From positions 96,001-160,000 of the forward strand of contig CAVVUN010000001.1 of the NCBI GenBank assembly GCA_963751455.1: a DNA stretch of 64,000 nucleotides. Reading direction: 5' to 3'. The position numbers and the translations under genes are program-made. Numbering within the stretch: position 1 is the stretch's first letter; every line of letters starts with the position of its first letter. This DNA is from Nitrospirota bacterium. GTDB lineage: Bacteria > Nitrospirota > UBA9217. The notes beneath the pieces were generated by a model. The model worked only from the letters and a program-made list of their open reading frames with translations, did not search any database and had not been told where the DNA came from. Below, one piece after another: positions 18,505 to 31,177 of the stretch.

Positions 18505-21500
18505 GGGCCACTAATCCTCCTAAAATGCGTGACCTTTTTGCCACGTTTAATTATTATAATCAGAATCCAGAGCCTGATGTAGGAGCTGATTTTAATTCAC
18601 CCGGACTAGGTTGCTGTTTCGGAAGATCTGGCATCTCTAAATGACCGGGATCCCAACCATAGCCCGTATTTTTATTTATTGGTTTGAAATCGCCACCCCA
18701 TTTCAACCCTTCCTGCTTCCCAACATCACCCAACTCTCTAAAAAATTGTCGCTGCTCTGGGGTTTTGTCAATTTGGCCCCATCTCGTATCCATGATATCC
18801 ATTGCTTCCGATTTACCTGTGCCAGCACGATCAACGTGTTTGCTTGTATAGAGCGAAGTTGGTTTTGAATAGCCTTGCTCAATCTTTTGTTTTTGCTGCT
18901 CCACTGTCCTCACAGGATTTTCAACAGACTGGGGTTTATACCCTTTTGCCTCCATCCTTGCAAAAGTTTTTTCGGCAGGCTCTCTCATCCTATCAGCGAG
19001 AAGGGTTAAATATGGATGGCTCTTTTCTAACGCAGCTGTCGTATTGATTCCGACACTTGCACCTCTATGGCCGCCACTGCTTACTAATTCAGCCACGAAA
19101 TATGCCTTAACAAAAGGTATCTTCCATGCAAAGTTTCCGTCAGGGTCTTTGAATATTACCGGATTATTATGAGCATACGTGTATAATCCTAAATTGAACG
19201 GATTAAATATTCCACCCATACCTACTAGTTGATCCTTGTTCTCAATCCTGCTTGGTAGATACTTCCCTAAGATTGGATCCGCACTAATCCACCTGCTCAA
19301 TACCGGATCATAATACCGTGCCCCATAATAGTACAACCCCGTCTCCGGATCAAGCTCCTTACCCGTGAACCGGTAGTACGGCATCTGGCCGGAGCCGCCA
19401 TCTTCCACCCACTGCTCTCCGTACGGGAAGTATTCAAGGTCCTGATACACTGCCCCAAGATCATCCGTGATGAAGTTACTTGATCCAAGATGATCGCCAT
19501 GGTAGAAGAACTCAAACTTCTCGATAGGTGGATTGGTCGTGGTCGTCGTGGTTGTGGTACTAGTGCCACCGGATGTACCTGATAATCTCCTGTTTATCCC
19601 TACCTGCCTGCCATTTCCGCGTGTGATGGCATTCTTGATGCCTTGGCTGTTTATAAGGGCGATGCTGCCCGGCACTCCGCTCTGGATGCTGCCGCCGTCT
19701 TTTTCGAGCTTGGTCACTACTCTTGTCTCTCCGGCAAATACATGCTTGCTGGCAAGATCACTGTTCTTTATGGAGTAGAACCGGTTGATGTAAACGGTCT
19801 CGTTGCCGCCTCCGCCTTTGACCACACGCTCGCCCTGGTCGTCATACAGGAAACTCGTGCCGTTCCCGGAATCCGTGATGTTCTTGACTCTGTTTTCCTC
19901 GTTCCAGGTTATGATTCTGTTGGCGTTGGCGGTGGTCCACCCAGCCATGTTGCCATCCGAGTCATAGGTATAGTTCTTGACCGGTGTTCTGGTGGTGACA
20001 TCCGAGGTGTTGGTGACTGCATGGGGCTGGACGCCGTTGTAAGCGTAGTTCCAGGAATAGTTCGTCTCCTTGGGCAGGTTGCTTGAACTCGTGCTATAGA
20101 CCAGGTGCTGCTGAATCTTCTGCGTTATGTTGCCGATTATATCATAGGCGAAGCTGTCTGCATACGTCGTCTTTGAATTGGCGGATGACCAGTGGGTTCC
20201 GCTGGCTGATATAAGCTGATACAAATCATCGTAAGCGAAAATCTGGACCGTCGGGCCCCCGATGTTCCCGCCTGTCGGGATGAGCGCCTGATTATCCGTG
20301 CCGAGTTGCAGGATGTTTCCTACAAGATCGTATTGATAGCTGCTGTCCTGAATAGAGCGACCGCTCGGGAGTATCGTGGTCAGCCTGATCAATCTTCGGG
20401 TGAGGGGGTCATAGGTATAATTCGTTTTGACTCCGTTCCCATACTTGATCATCTCCCTCTGGCCGAATTCGTCGTAAAGGAGATTATTGATGTAGACATA
20501 CTGGTTCCCGCGCTTGGTCCCTATTGCGCTCTTCAGAAGACCGCCGTTATCGTAGATGTAGGTAAGCATTTCTCCGTCTGGATAAGTAAGCTGCTTCATC
20601 CTGCCGAAGGAGTCGAAGACGTAATCCGTCTCAAACTGGGTCTTGGCAACAGTATTGTTTGAAGCATTTACCTGCCGCAGTTCCTTGGTGGTCTCGCCCA
20701 GTCTCCCGTACCAGCGCTGCTCGGTCCCTGATTCGTCCTTAACCTGTTTTATTCTGCCGGCAAGGTTTCCATGTTGGTCTCCGCCCTCATTCGATCCGCC
20801 GTATTCGTAGGTTACCGCTGTGGTGGTCGGGTATGAAATGGTTTTCAGCCTGTTATATTCATACGTGTAGCTGATGTTCGGCTGGCCTTTGTATTTCGGA
20901 TCGTTTTTCAGGTTTGCTGTCTGCTTGGTTGTGACATTGCCATTTGCGTCATACGTATAAGTCGTCAGGCCCGTATCCGGGTTGTCGATCGTAAGACGGT
21001 TGCCCAGGAGATCGTAAGTTATATTCGTCTGGTTGTTTTTTGCGTCAGTAACGTTGATGATTTCGCCCATAATATTATAAGCATAGATCGTTTTTATGTC
21101 GACATTAGTTCCTTCTAACTTTCCATGTTCTTTCACGGCATGGATCCGATCATGAACATCCTTGTACGATTCTTTGGAACGGTACATAGGATCAACGACC
21201 TTGACCAGGAACAACATGCCTGCTCCATCAGGTGAGGTGTCGAAACCGTAGGACATGGTGGTTGTCGCTTTATCGGGAGTAACGATGCTGTTCGTGCGAT
21301 CAAGCGTATCATAGGTGAACAGCGTCGGATACTGAGTTGTCAGATCTTCATACGCGTACCCGCTTCGGAATGCGGGCTGGCCCTGTTGTATTGTCCTGCC
21401 GAGCGAGTCGAAAACAACAGTCCCTGAGACAATAACGCCGGTACTGACTGTTAAACCGCCGTCCCGGGTAACGTCGGCATCCTTCCTGATCTGAATAATG

Positions 21501-24500
21501 CGTTTGAGACCGTCGGCGAACGTCGTTGTGTTGATTGTGGCTGACGTACAACCCAGGAAGGAGTCGGCCCTGTTCGTCGTGACGGCTCGCGCCGGAATAT
21601 TGTTCGAGGCCGGTACGTCATACGTGAAAGACACGGTAGGCTGGCAGACAGGACTCCCTCCGCTGTTCACGGCATTAGGGCCATAGACTGCGATAAGTCT
21701 GCCGAAATCATCGTAATTGTTGACCCGGAAGTTTCCGTTGATGTCCTTCGTGGTCAAAGGTTGACCGAAGCGTGGATCATAAAGGGCCGAAGAGCTGTAA
21801 CCGAAGGAATCGGATATACCGGTAACATAAGTCTCGACATCGTCATCATAGACGTATTTAAGCTTATAACCATCTGAATATTTATTGTACTGGGGGTCCC
21901 CCGCAGGTAAAGTGATGGTCCAAAGGTTGCCATCCGGGTAATAGGTCATATTCCACTGAGCATTCTTGCCCCCCTGTACAAGCATGGTAAAATTAAGAAG
22001 ATTTCCAGTGCCGTTTTCGTAATTCCCCGAGCGGCTCCGGTAAATCGTACCCTTGGTATCCTTCACAAGGATACTGCTCGGCTTATCCATGATGTAATGC
22101 GCCGTGTCCTTCTGATTGTAGCCGATCGAGACATAAATGTCGTCGACGGTTCCGTTGTCCGCACGATCCACGTATTCAAGAAGGTTTCCGTACTCATCAT
22201 ATGAGTTATATTCCTGGGACGTGTTCTTGACAATACTCTGGGTCGAGACGTCGTAATAATTGGTTGTCGTCATCGTTAATTCAGGGAACTGCGATAAGGG
22301 ATCTGACCCGGGTACAAGCTCGTAATCGTTCTCGGTTGCCACATAAGCCGGGTTCACAGTGCTCTGAATATTTTTGATGTCCTGGATGCTCCCTGAGCGT
22401 GTGATAGAATTTGCGAGGAGACCTTTAAGATAATAATTCTGGTTATGATACGTGTTGACAATGGTGACGGTGTCGTTTCCAGAGCCCCGTGTTTCAGCTA
22501 CAGTATGGAAACCGTAAAATTCACGCTCGTCGCGGCTGTAGAACCCGGAATCGTAGGCATATGAAGTTTCATAAACGTTCTTGAGCCTCCCGGAAGAGTC
22601 CTTCATGCCGTCGTTCCTCGTCACTTTCGACAGCACCCAGTAGCTCTTCGGCATGTCGATGCTCTGGTTCTGATTGGAGAAGTCCACCTTGTTGCCCTTG
22701 CGTTTGTAGTTTATGGTAAAACTCCCACCGAGGGGGCCATTCGCTGATTTTAGAAGATTTGCCTTGGAAGAGAGGTTACGCTTAACCAGGATAGTATGTT
22801 TGTCGAAATCCGCGTCGTGAGTGATTTTGAAAATATGGTCCGGCAAACCGTCACCGTCGATGTCGGTGAAATCTATATGAGAAGTAGTGGAATGGGTCGG
22901 TATCTTTTGGGGATTATAATCCGTTACAAACGGATTATTATGTATGTCCGGATTAGAGATATTGTCTTCCCTGATAATCCATGAAAGGGGATTTCCCGTC
23001 AACGGTGATATAAGTTGATACAATTCGGAAGAGTCAGGGAAACCGAGCACAGATGACTCGAGCAAATTGCCGCCGGGCAGGCTTCCCAAACCGAATTTGC
23101 GTTTATATGTCGAAGTACTTGCGAGACTGCCGGAGTCCTTGCTCGACCTCACAGCCGGCGCAAAAAGACCAGATCCGTTCACAATCCCGGCACTAATAGT
23201 GTCCATTAGGACGAAATTAGTATTAAAGAACCCATAGATATAGCTTACTGTGGCGCTATTGGATAGCGTATCGTTATAAAGAAACGCAGACAGCCTTTGA
23301 TAAAGCTCTTGATCTGACACTGATAAAAGAAGGCTTGTAAATAGGTCTGGTGCAACGCTCAGCATTTGCGCAGTCACAGCTTCAGGGTCCAGAGACGAAG
23401 AGAACTGCCAGAAAGGAATTGCCCATTTCTCTTCGTTCCCGAATCGACCTCCTTGGTTGATCCTAACCACCATAAAGCTGTCATTGGAGTTCTTTGAAAC
23501 CATATCAGGCAGACCGTCATCATTAACGTCGACCATATCAAAATCGTGATTAGTCACGCCCAGATTTATCCCCCAAGAACCTCCTGAATAGTTCAGCCAA
23601 TCGTGAGTGCCGAAGGTACCCGCAATCGTTTTGTTACTGCTCTTTCTCATCGGAATGTTAGCCGGCGTTCTCCATTCTTCCTGATAGCCGAACCGGCTCC
23701 CGAGGTTCAGACGAACAAGAAGCTTACCAGAGCCGTCAGGCTCCGGAGGCCCCTGTGTTACCAGATCCGGCAAGCCATCGCCGTTGATATCGATCAGATC
23801 GGACTGCGTCGAAGCGGTCCCTTCAGTATAACCCAGGTTTAATGAGAAGAGATTCCAGACGGAGAAAAGGCTGGAAAAGTCTCCTGAGGAATACGCGCCA
23901 CTCCCTGAGGAAAATAAATACTGACCAGCGGAGGAAATATTACTGACAACAGGTCCAACGCCGAGATTATAGCTGGTACTCTCGTTTGTGACGGTCCTGA
24001 AATTACCAGGATTAAGCCTGCTTGGTGTGGTAAAACCGCTTTTCCCGTCATTCAGTGTCACACCGGTTGTTGTAACCTGGTCGGGATAATGGTCTCCGTT
24101 CATATCAATCAAGTCGAGCGATGTACCGCTGTTCCCGCTCCCTTGCTGCCATGAGACGCCGGCGCCTGATCTCGTGGAACTATTATCTACGCCGGAACTA
24201 AGCCGGATTGTGGCGCTGGAGGCCTTCGGATTTATACGAGTAGAGCTCAACACCGAGCTGCCGATAAAACATCGATCCGCGCTTCCCAGCCAAACAGGTG
24301 CAGCTTGTGAAAAAGAATTACCGCCCGGCAAGGGCACCATGCGAGTGAAATCTTGAGACCCGGCATACGATCCGTCCGCCTGCTTCGTCTCGATAACCAT
24401 AAGGCTTTCAGCCCACATCTTGCCGCTATTCCATTGGCCGTAGTACCATTCGCGGAACCCCCCGCCATAAGCTTCTATTTCCTGCTGCGGATCCAGGTAA

Positions 24501-24918
24501 TAAAATTGAACGTCCGGATTGAAGACAAACTGATTTCCCGAAGGAGTACATGTCCACTGTTCCTGACCATCCTGGGTGCACTGCACGTTAGCGCAGGTTG
24601 AGGAGTCATTTGGGCAATATTGCGTGTAGGTGATCTTCGGCGACCAGGAAACGGAGCTTCCTAGGTTTTTGTCTGACCGCACTTCGAAAAAGAGCTGATC
24701 GCCGGCTGCGACGGGAATCGTGAAGTCGTGGGAATTCACTCCACCGGCACCCAGTTGCTGTTTCCAATAGGATTTGTTGATGCCAAGAACCCGCGCCGTA
24801 AAGGAAGCGGTTGATTGTGTTCCATTAACTGTGCCGGTAATCTCTATAGTCCCGGAGTACGGAGCGACCCAAGTTAAAGCCGTTGTTCTTGGGATCGTAG
24901 TCCATAAGGGATAATTGA

Positions 24919-26436
24919 CCTTAACGTTGCATAAAAAATCGCTATGCGGCCCGTTGCAATCGGTCGAGATAATGCAACAACCCCTTTTTGACTCGTGGAT
25001 TGGCGTTCATTGTCAGAGTTAGCTTGCCGCCGGGCTGTGTCAGGCGGCCGGCACGCTGTATAAGTGTTCTTCGCAGGGTATTGGGCTCCGTGAACTCCCA
25101 AAGAGCGGCCCGTTTTTCGGTGGTGCCCCGGTCGGGTTCATGCGCGACCATGTGAAGTTCCTTCAGGAGATTGTGCGAGATGATCGCCGACATCATGTAT
25201 AGCTGATTTCCGTGCAATCTTCTCACAGCCACGTAATCCATATTGCACTGGGACTTTAGCTCTCCAAGGATGTTTTCCTGAGAACCGCGGCCCTGATGGA
25301 AGTTCAGGACTTTCTTCACCGTCGTTGTTTTGTTTGTAACGATCACCTTGAAGTCAAACCCGTATTCGTGCGGCGTGAACATATCAAGCTGCACCGGCTC
25401 TTTTGACTGCTTTTTGGCTTTTTGACGAATAAAAAGAAAGCGGAACCGGCTGTCCCAGCTTTTCGGCTTCCAGGGTGTGTCGAAATAGGAAACAACGGAA
25501 TCGTAACGCCTCCAGCGTTTTTTGGCTTCGATCATGTGCTTGAGTTCGGAGAACCGCTCAAAGGGGACCGAGATGGTGAACTCAATTCCGTCGCGCTCCA
25601 GCGCGCCGACGATTTCATCGCTGAAGAAAGCGCTGTCCATGCGCACTTCGATGACGATATCCGAACAGGTTGCACGCACCTGTTCGATGCACGCAAGGAT
25701 GAACGCCCGGGCGCCGTTGGAATCATGTACGTTACCCGAACGGGGCAGGACGTCAAGGACCATGCCCAACTGAGCGATCATGCAGAAAAGCGGATAATAG
25801 CTTCTCTGCCCTTTTTTCTTTTTGTTGAAGCCTACGGCGGCACCCTCAGCCCATCGGGAGGTCGAGAGCACAGAGCCGTCGAAATCAAGCGTCACGCGAC
25901 GAAGCTTCAAACCCTGTATGCGGGAGAGCGACATTTCCCGGCAGAACCGACGAAGATTCAAAATGTCCTTTGCGTCGACCGTCATCAATGCCCGGCTGAT
26001 CGTGGAAACGTCCGGCATTTTTCGGAGGCCCAGAAGACGAAGCGCCATAAGGTCGTCCTGATAGTATTCGATGTCGCGGAGTTTCCGATAACCCAGCATC
26101 AGATGCACGATCAGCACGAGCGTAATGACGTGATTGCCGAAGATGGCGCTCGACGGTAGATGATCAAAGCAGCTTTTCAAGCGGGCTTTCAGATTCAGCT
26201 TCGTGAAGAATGCCTGAATGATAGCAAGGCCCGCGTAGGAAGTGAGCTGTTGATCCTCGAACTTCAGTTCCGGTATTTTGTGAACGCGGCTTAGAACCTG
26301 TGCTTTACTGGACTTCACTTTCAGTGGCCTCCTGCTTGAGTGAAATAATGATATCGCAGGAGCACTATATCCAATAATGAAGCCTGTTTCCAGAGGTTTC
26401 TGCATATTTTCAAGAAATGTTTATGCAACTACAAGG
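24919..26436 (-). mobile_element. IS1380-family insertion sequence
   Basis: IRs CCTTAACGTTGCATAAA / CCTTGTAGTTGCATAAA, CC..GG ends, 4-bp TSD TTGA (24915-24918, 26437-26440). Confidence 0.92.
24942..26318 (-). CDS. IS1380-family transposase
   Basis: LTSYAGL, TLDFDGS, VRMDSAFF and RGSQENILGELK motifs. Probable GTG start at 26318 after AGGAGG. Confidence 0.92.
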   Translation of the reverse strand: MKSSKAQVLSRVHKIPELKFEDQQLTSYAGLAIIQAFFTKLNLKARLKSCFDHLPSSAIFGNHVITLVLIVHLMLGYRKLRDIEYYQDDLMALRLLGLRKMPDVSTISRALMTVDAKDILNLRRFCREMSLSRIQGLKLRRVTLDFDGSVLSTSRWAEGAAVGFNKKKKGQRSYYPLFCMIAQLGMVLDVLPRSGNVHDSNGARAFILACIEQVRATCSDIVIEVRMDSAFFSDEIVGALERDGIEFTISVPFERFSELKHMIEAKKRWRRYDSVVSYFDTPWKPKSWDSRFRFLFIRQKAKKQSKEPVQLDMFTPHEYGFDFKVIVTNKTTTVKKVLNFHQGRGSQENILGELKSQCNMDYVAVRRLHGNQLYMMSAIISHNLLKELHMVAHEPDRGTTEKRAALWEFTEPNTLRRTLIQRAGRLTQPGGKLTLTMNANPRVKKGLLHYLDRLQRAA

Positions 26437-29400
26437 TTGATTTGCGGCTTGAACCGGTAGATAAGATTGCCATTGCCGTCCGTGGCATTTGGATCTACGG
26501 ACATCGTACTGCAGCCGAATTGCGATAAATCCGTTGTTATACCGCAACCGGTAATGCTTGAAAAAGCCGTTTCAACCGAGAAAGTTACGCTGTTCGGATC
26601 AACATTCATCTTGGATGAAATATCAAAGAGAAACTGTTCTCCTTCCTTCACGTCATCGACTGTTTCGTTCAGGGTAATCGTCTGCTCTGAATCTGCCGGC
26701 AAGGTATATTCTTTAAAGATGGTAGTGTCATCCACAGCGGAATTCGGACTCGCTCGCAGGATTCGGACGGTTACATCATCGGTTGTCGGATGTTTTTTAA
26801 TTGTCCCGTTCAAAATCATAGTTCCTGCAAATGGAGATGCCCAGACAACCTTTTGTGAATCGATGAGAGAATAATCGGAAGAGCCTTGATAAGTGTACAA
26901 TGGCCGGCCAATCGAGTCTTTAAGGTTCTGAAGTGATTGTTGCGTTTGGTTCCCGGAATTTGTGTAGGTGATAACAGGGTCGAAAATTATCTGGTCGTTC
27001 TCGCCGTTATCTATGGAATTAAGCCGGAAATAGATACGCTCGCCTTGCTGAACATTCGTCAAATCGATGCTGTTTGAACCTGTGTTATTCTCGACTTCGC
27101 CGAGGAGATGAACTGTATAATCGTCTCCGGTAATAGTGAGTTTGCCGATCTCGGTATTTTCTCGGTAAACATACAGGATTACTCCATCGCCGTCATTCTC
27201 TTGTTTCGTTTTTTGGATGGTGCCGGCTATACTGATGTCACCGCTGAAAGGTGCGACCCATTTGCGCACGGGATCGGCTAGCGGGGAATATGGCGTTGTA
27301 CTGCTCGCTAATGAAGAAAGATCTGTCGCGTTTGACCAGGTGCCTTGTGCGAATTTTTTTTGAGACGGGATGAGATTCAGGGAAGCTGCTCCATTCGAAA
27401 TGGAGTCTACAAGTCCGTCCCCGTTTATGTCGCTTAATGTAGCATTGGAACTGCTGATTGTCGTGGCCTTATTATTCGACATGGATGCTGCCATAGTATA
27501 AGTCGCGTTTCCTTCGCTGTCCGTCGTCTTCTTCTCCGACTCGATTATTCCAAGCCCCACGTTTGTAATTGGTCCAAAACCGGTAGTTGTTCCGGACGGC
27601 GCTTCCTGATCAAACTGGTTGAAATAAACTCCGTCCGGATTAACCATATCGGGCAGTCCATCCCCGTTGAGGTCGATAAACTTTCTGGTAGTAGTGACGT
27701 TTGACTCGCTGTGGCTGGTTAAACTGCCGGTTGAAGGCGCTTTTAATGGGAGCGGTCCTATTCCTTGGTATGTTTGTTTGCTTGTTGCATAATCTTCTAT
27801 CTTGGTTATCGCATCGGACTCGGGGGTATACCATGCTTCTTGCTCGCCGAAGCCCTTAATCGAACCGTCATCCAGATGATCCATTCGATAATAATCGAAA
27901 CTGTGGCTGTAAAATACCTGATCGTTTGCTCCTTTTGCCGTAATAGTGCTCAGCAAGGTTTTGAAAAAATCGCCTATGATGTAGTCGAATTTGTAACTCC
28001 TGATCGTCTTATCTTTAAACTTAACAACGATGCTGTCCAATATATAGCGGATAGCCGTTTTGAATCCAGCAATGCCGCTGATAATAAGATCCTGGCGGTT
28101 CCCGGCTTTACGAATGAATTGAACACTATATTGCGCCGGAGCACCAGTACTGTTATTCTGTGTATACGTAATCGTATCAGGGTAAAGATAAACCCAGTTC
28201 TCTTCGCTAAGTGAGGTCTTTGGAGGACTTGAGGGGTCGAATAGACTGTTTAAGTAAATTTCCTGAGAATCTTTATAATAAGAAAATGTCGTCACGTTTC
28301 CATTGGTATCTACAACCTTATCAAGGAACCATTGAAATATGTCAGACGGATTCTGATAGTCAGAGAGTCGCGATTGGTCACTCGATCCGTAGTAGTACTT
28401 GACACCTGACTTATCGGTAACTTCCCACCGATAATTCGTTGGATCGCTCCCTTTACGAATGACCCTCAGAAAATCGCCCTCTACTCGTTTGTAAAATTGT
28501 AAATCCGTTGTTCGGTTGATCTTGGGCGTGTTCCACCTGAATACAGGCGCCAACTCCTGTCCAGCAAGGAGATAGCTTTCTGTCTCGTATGTATCATTAT
28601 ATTGAGGTACGCCCCAACGAGTGTCTACCTGAATGCTTGGGATCGGGATGTCCCAGCCAAGGCCCATCCACCCGTTAGCATTGTTGCTGGTATAGGTGAC
28701 CCTTAAGTCAGGCGTATACGCGCCTCGACCTTTTGGGATTTGGATCGGGTAGCTGAGGTTGGCAGTTCCCTTGTTGTTCGCCCTCGGAGGTTCTATGAGA
28801 TCAATATTCGTGCCCGGGTCCGCTGCCTTGATGTCCTTGATCGAGGTCGGATTAAATGTTAATGCTTCGGGATGCTCCGGGACAACAAGGGTGGAATTTA
28901 TAATATCGGTGAAGTGGTCCGATGAAGACGTGACCAGAGAAGCACTGGCATCCACCTTTTCACGCGTGAGCTGCTGCCAGCGCAGAAGAGATTCATCGTA
29001 GTAGTACATATTAATGTCGTTGTCTGTCTGGCCCGCCGCAAACAGTGCCTTTGAATAGCCGAACGAAATCTTGATAGGCTTTTTGAACTTCATGTGGGGT
29101 AGAAAGCGGTAGCCGGCGGCAGGAGACGTGACGTTTATCATGCCGGGATTGAGGCGATTGAGGTCGGCCTCTGTCAGCGGGATAATCGTAATCTCGGTCT
29201 TCTGGTCCACGGCGTCTGCGGGAATATCAAGTGTCACTCCACCATATTGAATTTTCTTTGCCTGGCCAGGTGATACTTCTTCGCTGAACTTTTCGCGCTT
29301 ACTCATTGCTGCATGGCTTGAGTTCGTCGTACTGCTCGGACCGTTGTTCAGAAGGTTCTTATTAAGAGTTATGGTCTGAGTAAACACAGTGCTATCGGGA

Positions 29401-31177
29401 TACGTCCCCGTTATGACAGATTGCCAAGGGTCGTTGTCGTCCTGGTCTGCGTAAGACGTCTCATCCTTAGTGACCGGGACACTGAAAGAACCATCAATGT
29501 TCGACACTGTCTTTCCGGAGATATCGACCTGAACCGTCTCAGAAGAATTGGGTACGGAATCGAGGAACCCTTGGATATAGGCTGTTCTCCCGAAATACTC
29601 TCCGTTTAACGGGTAATTTACAACAAGACCTCGCCCGACTCGCGAGCCGACCGGGCTTGCGATAAGTTCGATTTCATTTATGCCGCCGACGGTCGCACCA
29701 CGTCGTTTTTTGTCCGGGGTGACCTGTATATTTAGTCTAAGCGTGTCAGTTGCGACTACCGAGGGTATTTTGATATCGTTCCACCCGTCCTTGAGAGAGG
29801 ACAGGTCGACCGAACCGCCCGAAGCAAAGTTTTTCCATTGACCGCTTTCGACGTACTGAAGGGTTATTGTGCCGGAAGGAACGCCGGACACACACCACAG
29901 ATTGATCCTCACTGTGTCCGGCTGGACTGTTCGTTCTGTTTTTAGATCAAGATTATGCGTTGATTTAAGCTCAAAATAGGTAGCCGGATCTCCGTCGATC
30001 ACCGTCTGGGCGGAATGGACGGCATTTTCTGACGTCCCGGTCACCGAGGAAAGGACGTTCCAGCCGCTGTCGAGCTCTGCGACGAGTTTAAGATCTCGGA
30101 TCGAATATGAAGAGTGATCTCTATCCGTGACCTGGTTGATGAATTCTATGGTATTTATGCCGTTTACAAGCCATGAAGGACTAATCTCTTCTGCATGCGC
30201 TTTCCAAGCAGGGTTATCCGAAGTTGTCGGGACGAATCCGCCCATCCAGGACAGACCGTTGATCCGTCTTTCCGGAGAGATCGGGTAGTCTGCATTATAG
30301 GAAGCGTAGTAAAGGAAGGCACGCTTTATGAGCCTGGGGTCTGAATTCAATGTGAAGCTTACCGTATAGGAATTGCCGTCAGCAGGCACATCAATTGTTT
30401 GGGGCATGGCGCCAAGCTGCATCATATGGTAAGGCATCGGCGAAGAGGATAATATCTTTTGAAAATCTGACGCTGTCTTGACGTTCTTCAGAGTCAGCGT
30501 CGGGTCTCCTGGATCTGTTCCCCATATCTCAATTTCCTTGATCCCACCGGCGTTTCCACCAGCAGCGGTGAATTCCAGCATGAGTTTGTCGGTGTTGAGA
30601 GCGGAAGTCGCGGTAAGCGTATTCCATGCAGTCGTTTGGGATTTGGGAGTGATATTGTCGAGGCCCGGCACTGCAACCCAAGAGCCTGAACTGCCGTCAT
30701 AGACAGCAAGATTGTAGGAAGCGCTGCCGTAGATCTTGATGAGGCCGATATTTCTGGCTCCTGGGAGGGTAACCATGACCCGTGCCGGTGCCATCGGGGC
30801 ATAGGCTGTGTTCGTGTCAAGGTCGAAGAGCGTCCAGGCCGAACTATCTTCAACCCACGCGCCTGATGATTCTACCCTCACAATGGAGGGATTCAGCTTG
30901 ACGATATTCTGGCCGCCTGATCCGCCGAAGACGGCGTAGCTTCCTAAGATTGCAGTGGCAGCCGAGGCTATCAATAGGATTCTCACCATCCCGCATTTAT
31001 TGAGACTGCTCATGGCGCATACCTCCCGAAAAATGAAAAGATCACTTCTCACAGCCAATGCTCTAAAAGAACGCCATTGTCCCCTTCATGATCCCTTCTT
31101 TATATAAAGGCGCGCACGGGGAGGGAGAATACAATGGGATTATTCGAAGGATAACACGACTTGCATTCCATTCCTGA

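Larger units (their letters stand above)
18560..31013 (-). pseudogene. Giant (about 3,640 aa) secreted ZU5-SpvB-FG-GAP-TcdB-mid-RHS polymorphic toxin with C-terminal M15 peptidase, interrupted by IS1380
   Basis: Removing 24919-26436 plus one TTGA gives a continuous frame (FKPQIN-YPLWTT...GAGGVNSHDF). SpvB motif GTANLSYPIQIPKGRG...GWMGLGW, repeated DxNGDGLPD, YD repeats, NPVIFKDPDG. GGAGG RBS before ATG 31013. Confidence 0.9.

Noticed and set aside
18560-31058. Two separate genes (TcB-like and TcC-like) as in the ORF track
   Set aside because: The break coincides with IS1380 and its TTGA duplication, and removing it restores one frame.
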